Assembly (NCBI GenBank): GCA_045592785.1
Contig: JAZNVL010000060.1
Coordinates: forward strand, 2,045-66,044
Length of the DNA stretch: 64,000 nucleotides
DNA from: Victivallales bacterium
GTDB taxonomy: Bacteria > Verrucomicrobiota > Lentisphaeria > Victivallales > UBA1829
Reading direction: 5' to 3'
How positions within the stretch are numbered: the first letter of the stretch is position 1; each line of letters starts with the position of its first letter. The notes below the pieces were generated by a model. The model searched no databases. It was not told where the DNA came from and saw only the letters and a program-made list of their open reading frames with translations. Both the position numbers and the translations under genes were made by a program. Shown piece after piece: positions 17,240 through 25,828 of the stretch.

Positions 17240-20200
17240 TCAAAGTTGGATCCGCTTGCCGGATTTAAGTTTTTCCTGCAGATCTTTGCGGAGTTTTTCC
17301 AATTCACTCTGCCACAGAGCCATATATTCAGCAAGGTCTTCTTCGCTTTCCAGCCACGGTTTGCTGAAACTGACTTTCGCTTTGGGCATCGGAACGGATT
17401 CAATGGGCTTTTCTTCTACCACAGGATGTGCCAATGTGTAAAGTTGTTCCAGAAGTTTTTTGTAACGTTCATTTTCGAATTTTTGTAATCTTCCCTGAAC
17501 GCTGTAAATACTGTTCTGAGCATTGATATCCTCAAGGTTTTCAGAAAAGACAGCAAGCAACGCAGTTTGCTGCGCAGTATCCAGTAATGCGAAATCCGGT
17601 TTTTGTTTGAATTCCAGCTGCAAGTTTTCAATGCGTTTGTGACTGCAATCAATCTCATTGCGCAGAAGCTCGTTGAGCTGTTTTGTCAATAATTCCGTCA
17701 ACTCTTTCAAGCGATTCATCCGATTGCCTTTGAAGCAGTGCGGAGAACTCAATATATCTTCAAATTCCCGACGTTCTGCAACAAGGACATCCGACGGGAA
17801 ATCTATGTAGTTGTGCCGCTGAAAGTTTTTTGCTGTATCAAAAATCTCTTTTGCGTTGCCAGTCATGAAGGATATAACCGGATCGATACAGTCTTCTTTA
17901 TCATCGCACAGCACATCCAGATCACCCGGTTTACATTCGGTGAAGAAATATGCGGCAGGTTTACTTGCAAATTTTTTCAATCTGAGGAGCGGATCCAGCA
18001 ATTCACCCTGGAAAGGATAATGGCTGCGTGTGGCGTTATAGCCTTCCAAGGTCGCCACAAGCTCTTTCAGCTTCCGGATCAGGTCATTACCCAACTGCTT
18101 TGGATCTTCTGCATTGGCCGGTTCCTGGAAGTAGTCGACGTAGAATTCCTTGACACGTTTGACCTGATGGGGTTCGTAGTCCAATTGCAGTTCCAGCGTA
18201 ACGTTATCATGACAATGAGAGTTTTTCAGAGCTGCGATCTGTTTTTCTGCATCAAGCAGTTCTCCATCGGACCGCATTTCCAATTTATTACGGATCGACA
18301 GTTGTGCAAGCAGACAGAAGATCGCCGCATCATACCAGCCATAGGGACGGGCGGAGAGTTTATCTTTCAGGCTTTTAAGCGTTGTTCTCAACCCATTGTT
18401 TTTATTGGCGCGCAGTAAATTGAGGATCTCAGTTTCGGCTTCAGACAAGGTTGGAGAAAACAGGTTCGGGGTTGCATTCCGGTAATATGCAGGAATATTG
18501 TTTTCTGTGTATGGCGTGCCTTCAATCATTTTGAGGTTTGGATAGATCGTCTGGATCAACTCCTGGCATCCGCTTATGATCAATTGTTTTGCATTTTCGC
18601 TTTTCAGTTCACAAACACGCCCGTTGATAAAAAATTGGGCTTGGGAGATGAGTGATTCCGTGCGGACTTTGATCTCACGTTCTCTATCCCGGTTACCGAT
18701 CATTTTGTTATCCAGAATGCGTCTGATATTTTCGTTTTGCGTGTTGCCGTTCAGTTTTGCGTACTTTTCCGTTCTCAGCAGAAGGGTGACATCGACCATT
18801 AAACGGGAGTCAGAAGGCAATACGATAAACAGTTCCGCTTTGCCCATAGATTCCGTTAAGAATTCATCATACCGATACGATTCCTGCCATGGTGTAATAA
18901 CATGAATCGCCAGTTCCCGTTCCGCATTGAGATTGCGTCCATCCATTTTTTTACAGAATGTGTAATCATAGCCGGTCGTGACACAGCGGACTTTCATACC
19001 GCCGATGATCTGTTCAAAGATGATCTTGTTTAATATTTCCAAAACATCTGCGGTATCGATTGCTGTATTTTTGATTTCTTTTTCGATATCCTGTTCTTCA
19101 TCGGTCAGGTATTCGTAATATTCACCATTGCGCTGGATATAGGACTGGCTTTCCAGTTTATTGAGGGATTCCTGAACTCTTTTCAACAAATCCGGAGCGT
19201 TTTCAGCAAATGATTCCCGCATCAGCACTGTCATATTGCGTGCCGTAGCCCGGAACGTCCGTACATATTTGACCAGGAACAGAGTTTTCAATGTCCGGAT
19301 GGTGAATATATCATCCGGCATTTGATTTTCTGCCGTATGAATCGCCCGTACCGCATTGGATTTTACGGAATGCCTGATCCCCTCATACATCAAGTCAAAA
19401 GGTGCAATGCAGCCAAGCTCTTTTGATGCAAGATTTTTTGCAACCTCCTGAAATACTCCCAGCATAGAACGTTCCCCTACAGAATTGTGACGTCCTTCAA
19501 AAATGTTGTGTTCAGACAGATTCTGAATTGCGGTCTGGAACAACCCGAATTGATACGGGATAAAGGGATAACAGGAAATAAAATCCTGAGCATCCGTAAA
19601 ATTCTTGTAGACCGTTGCGCCGTCTGTAAAGTTGAACAGAGTCTTGAAGTTGTTGCTTTGTTCCGCATAGATCTTGTTCAGTTGTGGTACAAAGTCGTCC
19701 TTCTTAGCCAGCAGACGTTTGCGGATTACTTCATCGACGTTGGCACTGGTCAATTTCAATCTGTTTGCAAAACGGGCCTGGATCTTTGAAAAGTCGTTGC
19801 CTTGTTTTTTGCCGATTTCACCGAAAACGCTGGTCATATCTTCCTGGGCTGTCACAATGATCCATGCCTGACCACGGCAAACGGTAGCAAGTTCTTCTGC
19901 CAAACTTTGCAGATTGAGCATCAATTGGGTATTGTCTGCAATATACTGTCCCACTTCATCGACAAAAAAGTTCAAACGGAATCCTTTCGGTTGTTTATCG
20001 ATGTAGGACTTTATCATTTTTGCGAAATCTTCAATCGAAAGGTTATAGTCCTTACGATATTTATCGATGATCCCGTTTGCCGTTTCCACCGGTTCGCCGG
20101 AGACTTCAGCATAGGCCTTTGCAATATTGCGTCCTTCCAGGATGGCTTGTGTTCTCCCCTTATCCCAAGTTTTTTTGGATATGTTCTGGAATGCGTCCTT

Positions 20201-20737
20201 GAATTTTTCATACAAACCGCGGCTGTCAAGATCCCGCTCGAACTGCGCGATGTACCCTTGCTTGCCGTAATATCCGCACATTTCATCAAATACTTTTACG
20301 AAAACAGAAAGCAGTGCATCCGTTTGCTTGGTCGTGATCGCATCAGATTTTTGATCGATATTGAAAAGAATACTTTTTGACGGAGTACTGCAAGCCTTTA
20401 ATAAGGAAGCCTGTAACTCTGCATCACCTTCGCATTTAGGAATAAACAATTCGGCAACAGATTTTTCATCTACGGTGTTGTTTTCAAGCAGCAGAGAGAG
20501 CATTTTGAGCAAGTGAGATTTCCCGGAACCAAAGAAGCCGGATATCCACACACCGTTTTGGGTTGCTGCACTGTAGTCGTTGTACGCAGACAGAAACAAC
20601 GAAAGACTCTTCTGCACTTCGTTGGTCAATACATATTCTTCAATCTCGTTGAGAAGTGAACTGGCATCATCCGCCTTGATAACGCCTTCGATCGGACGAT
20701 TGATCCTTTTAGAAAAAATATCATTCAATATTGCCAT
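17240..20737 (-). CDS. brxC: BrxC/PglY P-loop ATPase
   Basis: 1165 aa. Walker A: GFFGSGKSHLLKM. Canonical position between brxB and pglX. Confidence 0.9.
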   Translation of the reverse strand: MAILNDIFSKRINRPIEGVIKADDASSLLNEIEEYVLTNEVQKSLSLFLSAYNDYSAATQNGVWISGFFGSGKSHLLKMLSLLLENNTVDEKSVAELFIPKCEGDAELQASLLKACSTPSKSILFNIDQKSDAITTKQTDALLSVFVKVFDEMCGYYGKQGYIAQFERDLDSRGLYEKFKDAFQNISKKTWDKGRTQAILEGRNIAKAYAEVSGEPVETANGIIDKYRKDYNLSIEDFAKMIKSYIDKQPKGFRLNFFVDEVGQYIADNTQLMLNLQSLAEELATVCRGQAWIIVTAQEDMTSVFGEIGKKQGNDFSKIQARFANRLKLTSANVDEVIRKRLLAKKDDFVPQLNKIYAEQSNNFKTLFNFTDGATVYKNFTDAQDFISCYPFIPYQFGLFQTAIQNLSEHNIFEGRHNSVGERSMLGVFQEVAKNLASKELGCIAPFDLMYEGIRHSVKSNAVRAIHTAENQMPDDIFTIRTLKTLFLVKYVRTFRATARNMTVLMRESFAENAPDLLKRVQESLNKLESQSYIQRNGEYYEYLTDEEQDIEKEIKNTAIDTADVLEILNKIIFEQIIGGMKVRCVTTGYDYTFCKKMDGRNLNAERELAIHVITPWQESYRYDEFLTESMGKAELFIVLPSDSRLMVDVTLLLRTEKYAKLNGNTQNENIRRILDNKMIGNRDREREIKVRTESLISQAQFFINGRVCELKSENAKQLIISGCQELIQTIYPNLKMIEGTPYTENNIPAYYRNATPNLFSPTLSEAETEILNLLRANKNNGLRTTLKSLKDKLSARPYGWYDAAIFCLLAQLSIRNKLEMRSDGELLDAEKQIAALKNSHCHDNVTLELQLDYEPHQVKRVKEFYVDYFQEPANAEDPKQLGNDLIRKLKELVATLEGYNATRSHYPFQGELLDPLLRLKKFASKPAAYFFTECKPGDLDVLCDDKEDCIDPVISFMTGNAKEIFDTAKNFQRHNYIDFPSDVLVAERREFEDILSSPHCFKGNRMNRLKELTELLTKQLNELLRNEIDCSHKRIENLQLEFKQKPDFALLDTAQQTALLAVFSENLEDINAQNSIYSVQGRLQKFENERYKKLLEQLYTLAHPVVEEKPIESVPMPKAKVSFSKPWLESEEDLAEYMALWQSELEKLRKDLQEKLKSGKRIQL

Positions 20738-20748
20738 TTTTTAACTCC

Positions 20749-21354
20749 TCAAATTTCATAATGCGTTATGTCGTACGCACGATAATACTTATCATCCGGC
20801 AGTTTGCCAAACAACCGTAATGATGCGCCTTTTTCCAGAGATTGTTCATAAGCTCCCGGAAAGAACAGCAGCGTTGGGAATTCCTTTGCGACACGCTGCA
20901 AGTTGTTCAGCAGATTGTGCGTCCTGATGTATGGAAAGACTTCACCCACACCTGTGAGGAAGAGAATATCCACTTTTTCTGTGCTTTCTATGATCTGTTC
21001 GATTTCCGGGATCAGGACATTTTCGATGTCAAGAATGCTTTGAAGCGATTCGAGAAAATAGCCTTTTTCTGTATCGGGTTCGATTTCGCATAACTGTTCA
21101 AACAAATCATTTTTCTGCAGGTAATCAAGGCATAAATCGTAGAGATTGATATCGACTATTCCAAGACCGGAATCCTGAAGTTGCTTTTTTAGAAGCGGCA
21201 ACATCTTTTCAACTTCGAGTTTCTGTTTGACCGCAAAAGGACAAAGGAAGAAAGGCACTTCCTGGTTCAAGCCCTGCATTTTCAAAAAACACTCATTACG
21301 GAGGACTTTGAGCAGATGGTTGAATAAATCATTGATCTTCAAAAAACCGGTCAT
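20749..21354 (-). CDS. brxB: BrxB (DUF1788)
   Basis: 201 aa. C-terminal pattern: LFLTGVGEVFPYIRTHNLLNNL...LLFFPGAY...LRLFGKL...YYRAY. Confidence 0.85.
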   Translation of the reverse strand: MTGFLKINDLFNHLLKVLRNECFLKMQGLNQEVPFFLCPFAVKQKLEVEKMLPLLKKQLQDSGLGIVDINLYDLCLDYLQKNDLFEQLCEIEPDTEKGYFLESLQSILDIENVLIPEIEQIIESTEKVDILFLTGVGEVFPYIRTHNLLNNLQRVAKEFPTLLFFPGAYEQSLEKGASLRLFGKLPDDKYYRAYDITHYEI

Positions 21355-21950
21355 CGGATACCTCCATATTCATTTGTGGGAAAGTATCCCAATTCTTCTG
21401 CCTTTAACATGGTACGCAATTCCGAAGAACAATAGAATGCAAGTATTTCATTATTCCGTCCCAGAATATTGCATTCACGAAGCAATTTGAAAACGATCTG
21501 TTTGATTTTTTTTCTGGTCATGTCTGTCAACTCATTCAACTCGGGATGCAACGTGCTTTTCTTTTCAAAAAACAACTCATAATCGCAATCTTCTATGCTT
21601 TTCTGAAAAGAAATATATTTTTCATGGATCACTTCTTTTGCAAAATCACCGATAAAAGAGTATGATCTGCAAATTGCCAGCCACAATATCGCTTCACTAT
21701 TAGAGGGATCGTCATTTGCAAGAATTTGTAATTCCGATGTGGACAAATGTTTGAGACGTAATTTAATTTCAACATAAATACGCTTTTGACTGCTGATTGA
21801 ATTTAATTGCAAAATGTTATCAGATAAAACCTCATTATAAACTGCATCCCAGTCTGCATAACGCAAAAACAGTTCTGCGATTATGGCAGACTCCCTGCGG
21901 CGTAAGCTGGATGCTGTAAATGACATTGTGTATTTTTTCTGCATCTGCAT
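21351..21950 (-). CDS. brxA: BrxA (DUF1819)
   Basis: 199 aa, first gene of the operon, with a 4-nt overlap with brxB. Size and position fit BrxA. The start may be a downstream Met. Confidence 0.8.
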   Translation of the reverse strand: MQMQKKYTMSFTASSLRRRESAIIAELFLRYADWDAVYNEVLSDNILQLNSISSQKRIYVEIKLRLKHLSTSELQILANDDPSNSEAILWLAICRSYSFIGDFAKEVIHEKYISFQKSIEDCDYELFFEKKSTLHPELNELTDMTRKKIKQIVFKLLRECNILGRNNEILAFYCSSELRTMLKAEELGYFPTNEYGGIR

Positions 21951-22218
21951 ATTTATTTCTCTTGGTTACAATCTATCAAGAGCCATCAGTTACAGCTGTC
22001 TCCTGAAATTCATTTTGCTGTTTATTATATATTTTAGAGTAATATAAATGCAGAAAAGAAAAAGTCAATATTTTTAATCCCGAAAAGATTTAATTTTTTC
22101 AGATAAAGTCTGTAAAAATATGCTTAAATATGATTTTTTCTATTTTGTACAGGATTGAGCAACCGTTTTTCCTGTGTCAAGTGTACGGGGAAGGGGCCTG
22201 CTGCTGTTTGGCAAAGAA

Positions 22219-22257
22219 TAAGGGTATTACCTTTTAGTAAGGGTAAAAGTAAGGGTA
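22219..22257. repeat. Three copies of TAAGGGTA (reverse complement TACCCTTA) at the BREX / GC-rich-remnant boundary
   Basis: aaTAAGGGTAttaccttttagTAAGGGTAaaagTAAGGGTActgg. The core ACCCTTA differs by one base from the ACCCTAA core of the 25302-25380 array and is in the opposite orientation. Confidence 0.6.
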
Positions 22258-22375
22258 CTGGGGGATAATGCTGTGGTTGTCTGATAAACTTATCAGAGGG
22301 ACTAAAGAAAAAAAATAACGTTTTTCATTGCGAATGGTTTATATATTACCTCGGTGAGATAAGCTCTGATCGGAT

Positions 22376-22419
22376 AAGCCCCGTCGGTCCATGATGGATC
22401 GGCGGGGCTTTTGAATTTT
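22376..22419 (+). terminator. Strong hairpin followed by a T-rich tail (intrinsic-terminator-like), upstream of the clamp-like gene
   Basis: AAGCCCCGTCGGTCCAT / ATGGATCGGCGGGGCTT (22376-22409; the two mismatched positions can form G-U pairs), then TTGAATTTT. No plus-strand gene ends here, so its function is uncertain. Confidence 0.35.
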
Positions 22420-22449
22420 AAAATCTTAATCAAACATGGAGGTAAGTAA

Positions 22450-23100
22450 ATGAAAGTCGAAAAGAAAAATCTCAATGAGGCCCTGCGCGTGCTGGGCAAG
22501 GTGGTGTGCCAGACATCTCCGGTCGAATTGTATCGGGCGGTCCGGTTTGTCGGTAATGGCGATGGCGTTATGGCAATGGCAACGGATGGCATCGAAACGG
22601 TGTCGGTCGCAATCCAGGCAGAAGTGGAGAGTCCCGTGGATTTCTGTGTGCCGTATCGGGAGTTGAAGGAGTTGATTCGGATCAATCGCGCCGAGACGAT
22701 GGATTTGAATGGCAAGTTCATCGAATTTCCCGCCATCGATGACCCGGATCCGGATGCCATTACTGTTGAGTTGCCGGAGAACTTTTGCGAGTTGTTGGCG
22801 AATGCCGCGGCAGTGGTCGATCGCAACGGGTATCGTCAGGTCTTGCAGGGGATCAATCTTTCATCGGCAGGGATTACGGCGACCGATGGGAAACAACTGC
22901 TGCATCTGCCTTGAGCGTTGTCGCTGGAGAAAGATGTGACGATCCCATTTCCGGCGGCGTTAGTGGCGTTGAAAAGTGAGCAGTCCGGCGGTACGCTGCG
23001 CATCCGGAACAATCACTTTCTGCTAAGTCTTGATTTGCTTATAAAGTTTGGAGAAGCATTTACAGTCCCTCGAATGCGAAAATACTACCAGTCCGAATAA
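22450..23100 (+). pseudogene. DNA polymerase III beta-clamp-like gene with an in-frame TGA, 3'-truncated at a composition break
   Basis: Aligns by eye to the E. coli DnaN N-terminal half: MKVEKKNLNEAL...AMATDGIE; FPAIDD ~ FPNLDD; RQVLQGINLSSAGITATDGKQLLHL ~ RYYLNGMLFE...VATDGHRLAV. A TGA at 22912-22914 is followed in the same frame by ALSLEKDVTIPFPAALVAL.... Clamp-like sequence stops near 23020, where the DNA turns AT-rich. Confidence 0.65.
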
Positions 23101-23235
23101 CGAATTTAAGGATAGCATTTTGATTTTACATTCAAAGAAACAATGCAAAAATATCAAATTGTTTTTTTAATACCTTGTTTTTTGTTCTTGCTGTGGTATA
23201 TTGAAGGTATGACATATTTTATTCAGGAGATTTTT

Positions 23236-24105
23236 ATGAAAACACGCGGACGGACAATTACTTTGTTTTTACTTAACGGGTCAGTTACAGGTACAATTAA
23301 ATACACATTACCAAACTGGACGGGTGTCGTTTATAAAATTCCAAGAACGGAGTTGGAAAATTGTAAAAAGCGTGAAGATTTACAACACTGTGGCGTTTAT
23401 TTTCTTTTCGGTAAATCCGATGAGCAAGGAGAAAATATTGTTTACGTCGGACAAGCCGGTATTCGTAAAAACGGGAATGGCTTATTAGGCCGAATTCTTG
23501 AACATGCAAAAAATCCTGACAAGGATTATTGGACAGAGGTCGTCGCAATTACGACGACGAATAATTCGTTTGGACCGACCGAGATCAGTTATTTGGAAAA
23601 TCGTTTTACACAAATGGCGAGTGATGCAAAAAGATATATCGTAAAAAATGCAAATGATCCCAATTCCGGTAATATCACAGAAGAAAAAGAAAGTGAACTG
23701 GAAGAGTTTATCGATTATTCTAAAGTCGTCATGGGGATTTTAGGACATAAAGTTTTTATTCCGCTGGATGAGATCACAAATGATACTCCCGGCAAGCAAG
23801 CAACAAAATTACTGTTGAAAAAGCGCGGATCCGATGCCACTGGATTATTGACCAGTGAAGGTATTGTGGTGTGTAAAGGCAGCAAAGTGAATGCAAAACC
23901 GACACCCAGTTGTCCCGAATGGTTGAAATATTTGAGAAATATTCATTCTTCAAAAATAACAGAGAAAAACATTCTCACGGAAGATATTATTTTTAACAGT
24001 CCTTCTGCCGCTGCAGGCTTTTGTGTATTCGGCGCAGAAAACGGAAGAATATCCTGGAAAACAGAAGCCGGTAAAACGTTAAAAGAACTCGACGGCGAGA
24101 TCTGA
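23236..24105 (+). CDS. GIY-YIG nuclease with C-terminal DUF4357 domain
   Basis: GIY-YIG core: CGVYFLFG...IVYVGQA...LLGRILEH...E..LE. DUF4357-type tail: ATGLLTSEGIVVCKGSKV...FNSPSAAAGFCVFGAENGRISWKTEAGKTLKEL. I prefer the ATG at 23236 (AGGAGA 6 nt upstream) over the track start at 23143. Confidence 0.75.
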   Translation: MKTRGRTITLFLLNGSVTGTIKYTLPNWTGVVYKIPRTELENCKKREDLQHCGVYFLFGKSDEQGENIVYVGQAGIRKNGNGLLGRILEHAKNPDKDYWTEVVAITTTNNSFGPTEISYLENRFTQMASDAKRYIVKNANDPNSGNITEEKESELEEFIDYSKVVMGILGHKVFIPLDEITNDTPGKQATKLLLKKRGSDATGLLTSEGIVVCKGSKVNAKPTPSCPEWLKYLRNIHSSKITEKNILTEDIIFNSPSAAAGFCVFGAENGRISWKTEAGKTLKELDGEI

Positions 24106-24152
24106 ACATTGCAGTAATTCACAATAAAAACACAGGCGCAAGAAAAGTCATT

Positions 24153-25055
24153 ATGTTTAACGAATATGTTTGGAAATTATATCTGGAAGCAAATGGCAAA
24201 GAAACCGTTGAACGTTTTGAACGAAATTTCAAGCAAGCGCTTTCAGTGGATTATGCGCAATTAATTGAAGATTTACACAATGTTTATTCTCCACCGGAAG
24301 AACATCCTTCTTACTTGTTTACCATGTTAGACACACTCAAAAAAGGATTTCATTCAGAAAATGCAATTCTCGCGGCTGCATGTAATCGGGTGCTTGATTT
24401 GAGTGAAAGTCTTCATACTCGTAAACATATCTTTGATGCGTTTTACAAAGGATTGAAAAATAAAGAGTACAACATAATTACTGAAAATCAAATATTAAAT
24501 GAATTTTGTGCGGGGATATATTACTATACAACTTTTCTTGCTGTACGATATCCAGACTTTTTTGTGCCGTATTATTTCGTGTGCAATTACAATGTTCTCG
24601 AAAAAATTGCGCAGGATTTCGATATTGCCTTACCCGAAATTCCTGCCAAGAAGAATTATAAAGAACGTATATACCATTATCGCGATGTATGTGCTGTGTT
24701 GCATGATTTCAAAGATAAGCATGGCATGTCACCTTATGAGCTGTATGCATTTTTATATGACTTTGCGCCGAAATACATCGGTGGCATTGACAGTTACATT
24801 ATAAAAGATCTGCCCGCGCCCAAAAGTGTATTTTTTATTGGTGGCTCAGGGGATGATGTTTTTAATGAAGATGATTCTGATATGATAAGCAGTTGGCAAT
24901 GTAATCCCGATACAAAAGCCGGAGATTTGATCGTGATGTATCTGCGAACACCGATAAGCGCAATTGATTCCATCTGGCGGAGTGTATCTGTCGGATTTCA
25001 ACGATTTCAGGGCTTGGAGTATGACGGTTCAGCTCTTCGTTGCATATCTCGTTGA
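24153..25055 (+). pseudogene. Hypothetical protein with a PUA-like (EVE/ASCH-type) C-terminal fragment, apparently 3'-truncated near 25010
   Basis: WQCNPDTKAGDLIVMYLRTPISAIDSIWRSVSVGF resembles the W...GD.v..Y......i..i core of EVE/ASCH folds (weak evidence). The reading frame runs into GC-rich unrelated DNA after ~25010. Confidence 0.35.
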
Positions 25056-25278
25056 CCAGTTCAGGCAGGATCGTTCGGGCGACCATTCCCTGGACCGCAC
25101 GACCGAACAGATCCTGCAATCGTCTTCCGCAAGCCTGACACCGTAATTCTGTTGCCGGTGTGTCAGGCTGCTTCAGATTCCGGGCAATAATCTTCGGCAG
25201 ACAATCCCATAATTGTTTTGGCGTTTTCATCCAAAATCTAATACGTTTTCCTTCATTGCGATAATAGGTTTTTTTCAT
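25010..25278 (-). pseudogene. 5' fragment (~89 codons) of an unknown mobile-element gene (Rep- or integrase-arm-binding-like, speculative)
   Basis: ORF 24862-25278 starts MKKTYYRNEGKRIRFWMKTPKQLW.... Only the GC-rich part (>~25010) looks native; below that it is antisense to the preceding gene. The tandem array lies 24-100 nt upstream of its ATG. Confidence 0.3.
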
Positions 25279-25301
25279 GGCATCCTTTCGAGGACGGAAA
25301 A

Positions 25302-25380
25302 GTGACCCTAAAAGTAACCCTAAAGTAAATAAGAAGTAACCCTAAAAGTGACCCTAGAAGTGACCCTAACGACCCCACTA
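25302..25380. repeat. Tandem array of ~7 units of 11-12 bp (GTRACCCTAAAA)
   Basis: GTGACCCTAAAA GTAACCCTAAA GTAAATAAGAA GTAACCCTAAAA GTGACCCTAGAA GTGACCCTAAC GACCCCACTA. The units are contiguous with no spacers. Confidence 0.9.
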
Positions 25381-25485
25381 TGCTGTTTTGCGCAACAGGA
25401 TAAAGGATATGAGGAAAGATGTTAAATGCTTAAACGTATAAAGTTAAATGGAAAAAATGGAAAATGTGGGAATTTAAAATAAAAA

Positions 25486-25570
25486 TGGTGGTGGGGGATG
25501 GATTCGAACCATCGAAGGCATGGCCGGTAGATTTACAGTCTACTGCATTTGACCGCTCTGCAACCCCACC
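25486..25570 (-). tRNA. tRNA-Tyr (GUA), long variable arm, encoded CCA
   Basis: Reverse complement: GGTGGGGTTGCAGAGCGGTCAAATGCAGTAGACTGTAAATCTACCGGCCATGCCTTCGATGGTTCGAATCCATCCCCCACCACCA. Acceptor stem GGTGGGG/CCCCACC; anticodon loop CTGTAAA; T-loop GGTTCGAATCC. Confidence 0.9.
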
Positions 25571-25595
25571 ACTGTGGTGTTTCTGTTGAAGTCTC

Positions 25596-25669
25596 TGGAG
25601 CGGGTAGAGGGAATCGAACCCTCACAATCAGCTTGGAAGGCTGATGTTCTACCGTTGAACTATACCCGC
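25596..25669 (-). tRNA. tRNA-Gly (UCC), encoded CCA
   Basis: Reverse complement: GCGGGTATAGTTCAACGGTAGAACATCAGCCTTCCAAGCTGATTGTGAGGGTTCGATTCCCTCTACCCGCTCCA. Acceptor stem GCGGGTA/TACCCGC; anticodon loop CTTCCAA. Confidence 0.9.
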
Positions 25670-25777
25670 AATCGAGGAGTTCCTCAACTGAATGGCTTTA
25701 ATATATCACTCATTTTGTAAAATGCAAGTCGTTTTTCGCTTTTTTTTCAAATTTTTTTGTTTTTTTTTCTGCGATAC

Positions 25778-25806
25778 TTGACTTTTGTTTTTATCTATGT
25801 TATATT
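25778..25806 (+). promoter_or_regulatory. Sigma-70-like promoter with extended -10 (TTGACT-N17-TATATT, TGt immediately upstream)
   Basis: TTGACT at 25778-25783 and TATATT at 25801-25806, preceded by ctaTGt. A T-rich tract lies upstream. It sits 23-29 nt before the lipoprotein gene start. Confidence 0.4.
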
Positions 25807-25828
25807 ACAAAAATAAAACAGGAAAGGA

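Larger units (their letters stand above)
3245..21950 (-). other. Type 1 BREX locus: brxA-brxB-brxC-pglX(N)-[4 inserted genes]-pglX(C)-rhuM-pglZ-brxL
   Basis: All six BREX-1 hallmark genes are present in canonical order on one strand. Gaps are at most 18 nt. Six junctions are 4-nt ATGA/GTGA stop-start overlaps: 21351-54, 15284-87, 12930-33, 11902-05, 10825-28, 8834-37. Confidence 0.9.

Noticed and set aside
22302-22826. 174-aa minus-strand ORF
   Set aside because: Antisense to the beta-clamp-like gene, which has convincing DnaN collinearity.
24862-25278. Full 138-aa ORF as a real gene (possible integrase)
   Set aside because: Only the first ~89 codons lie in native GC-rich DNA. The remainder is antisense read-through into the neighbouring AT-rich gene. 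No tyrosine-recombinase catalytic region is present, so it is reported only as a 5' fragment of unknown identity.
25302-25380. Possible CRISPR array, or telomere-like CCCTAAA repeats
   Set aside because: Units are only 11-12 bp and directly abut with no spacers, so this is not a CRISPR array. CCCTAAA matches plant-type telomere repeats only by coincidence; this is an internal bacterial locus next to tRNAs.
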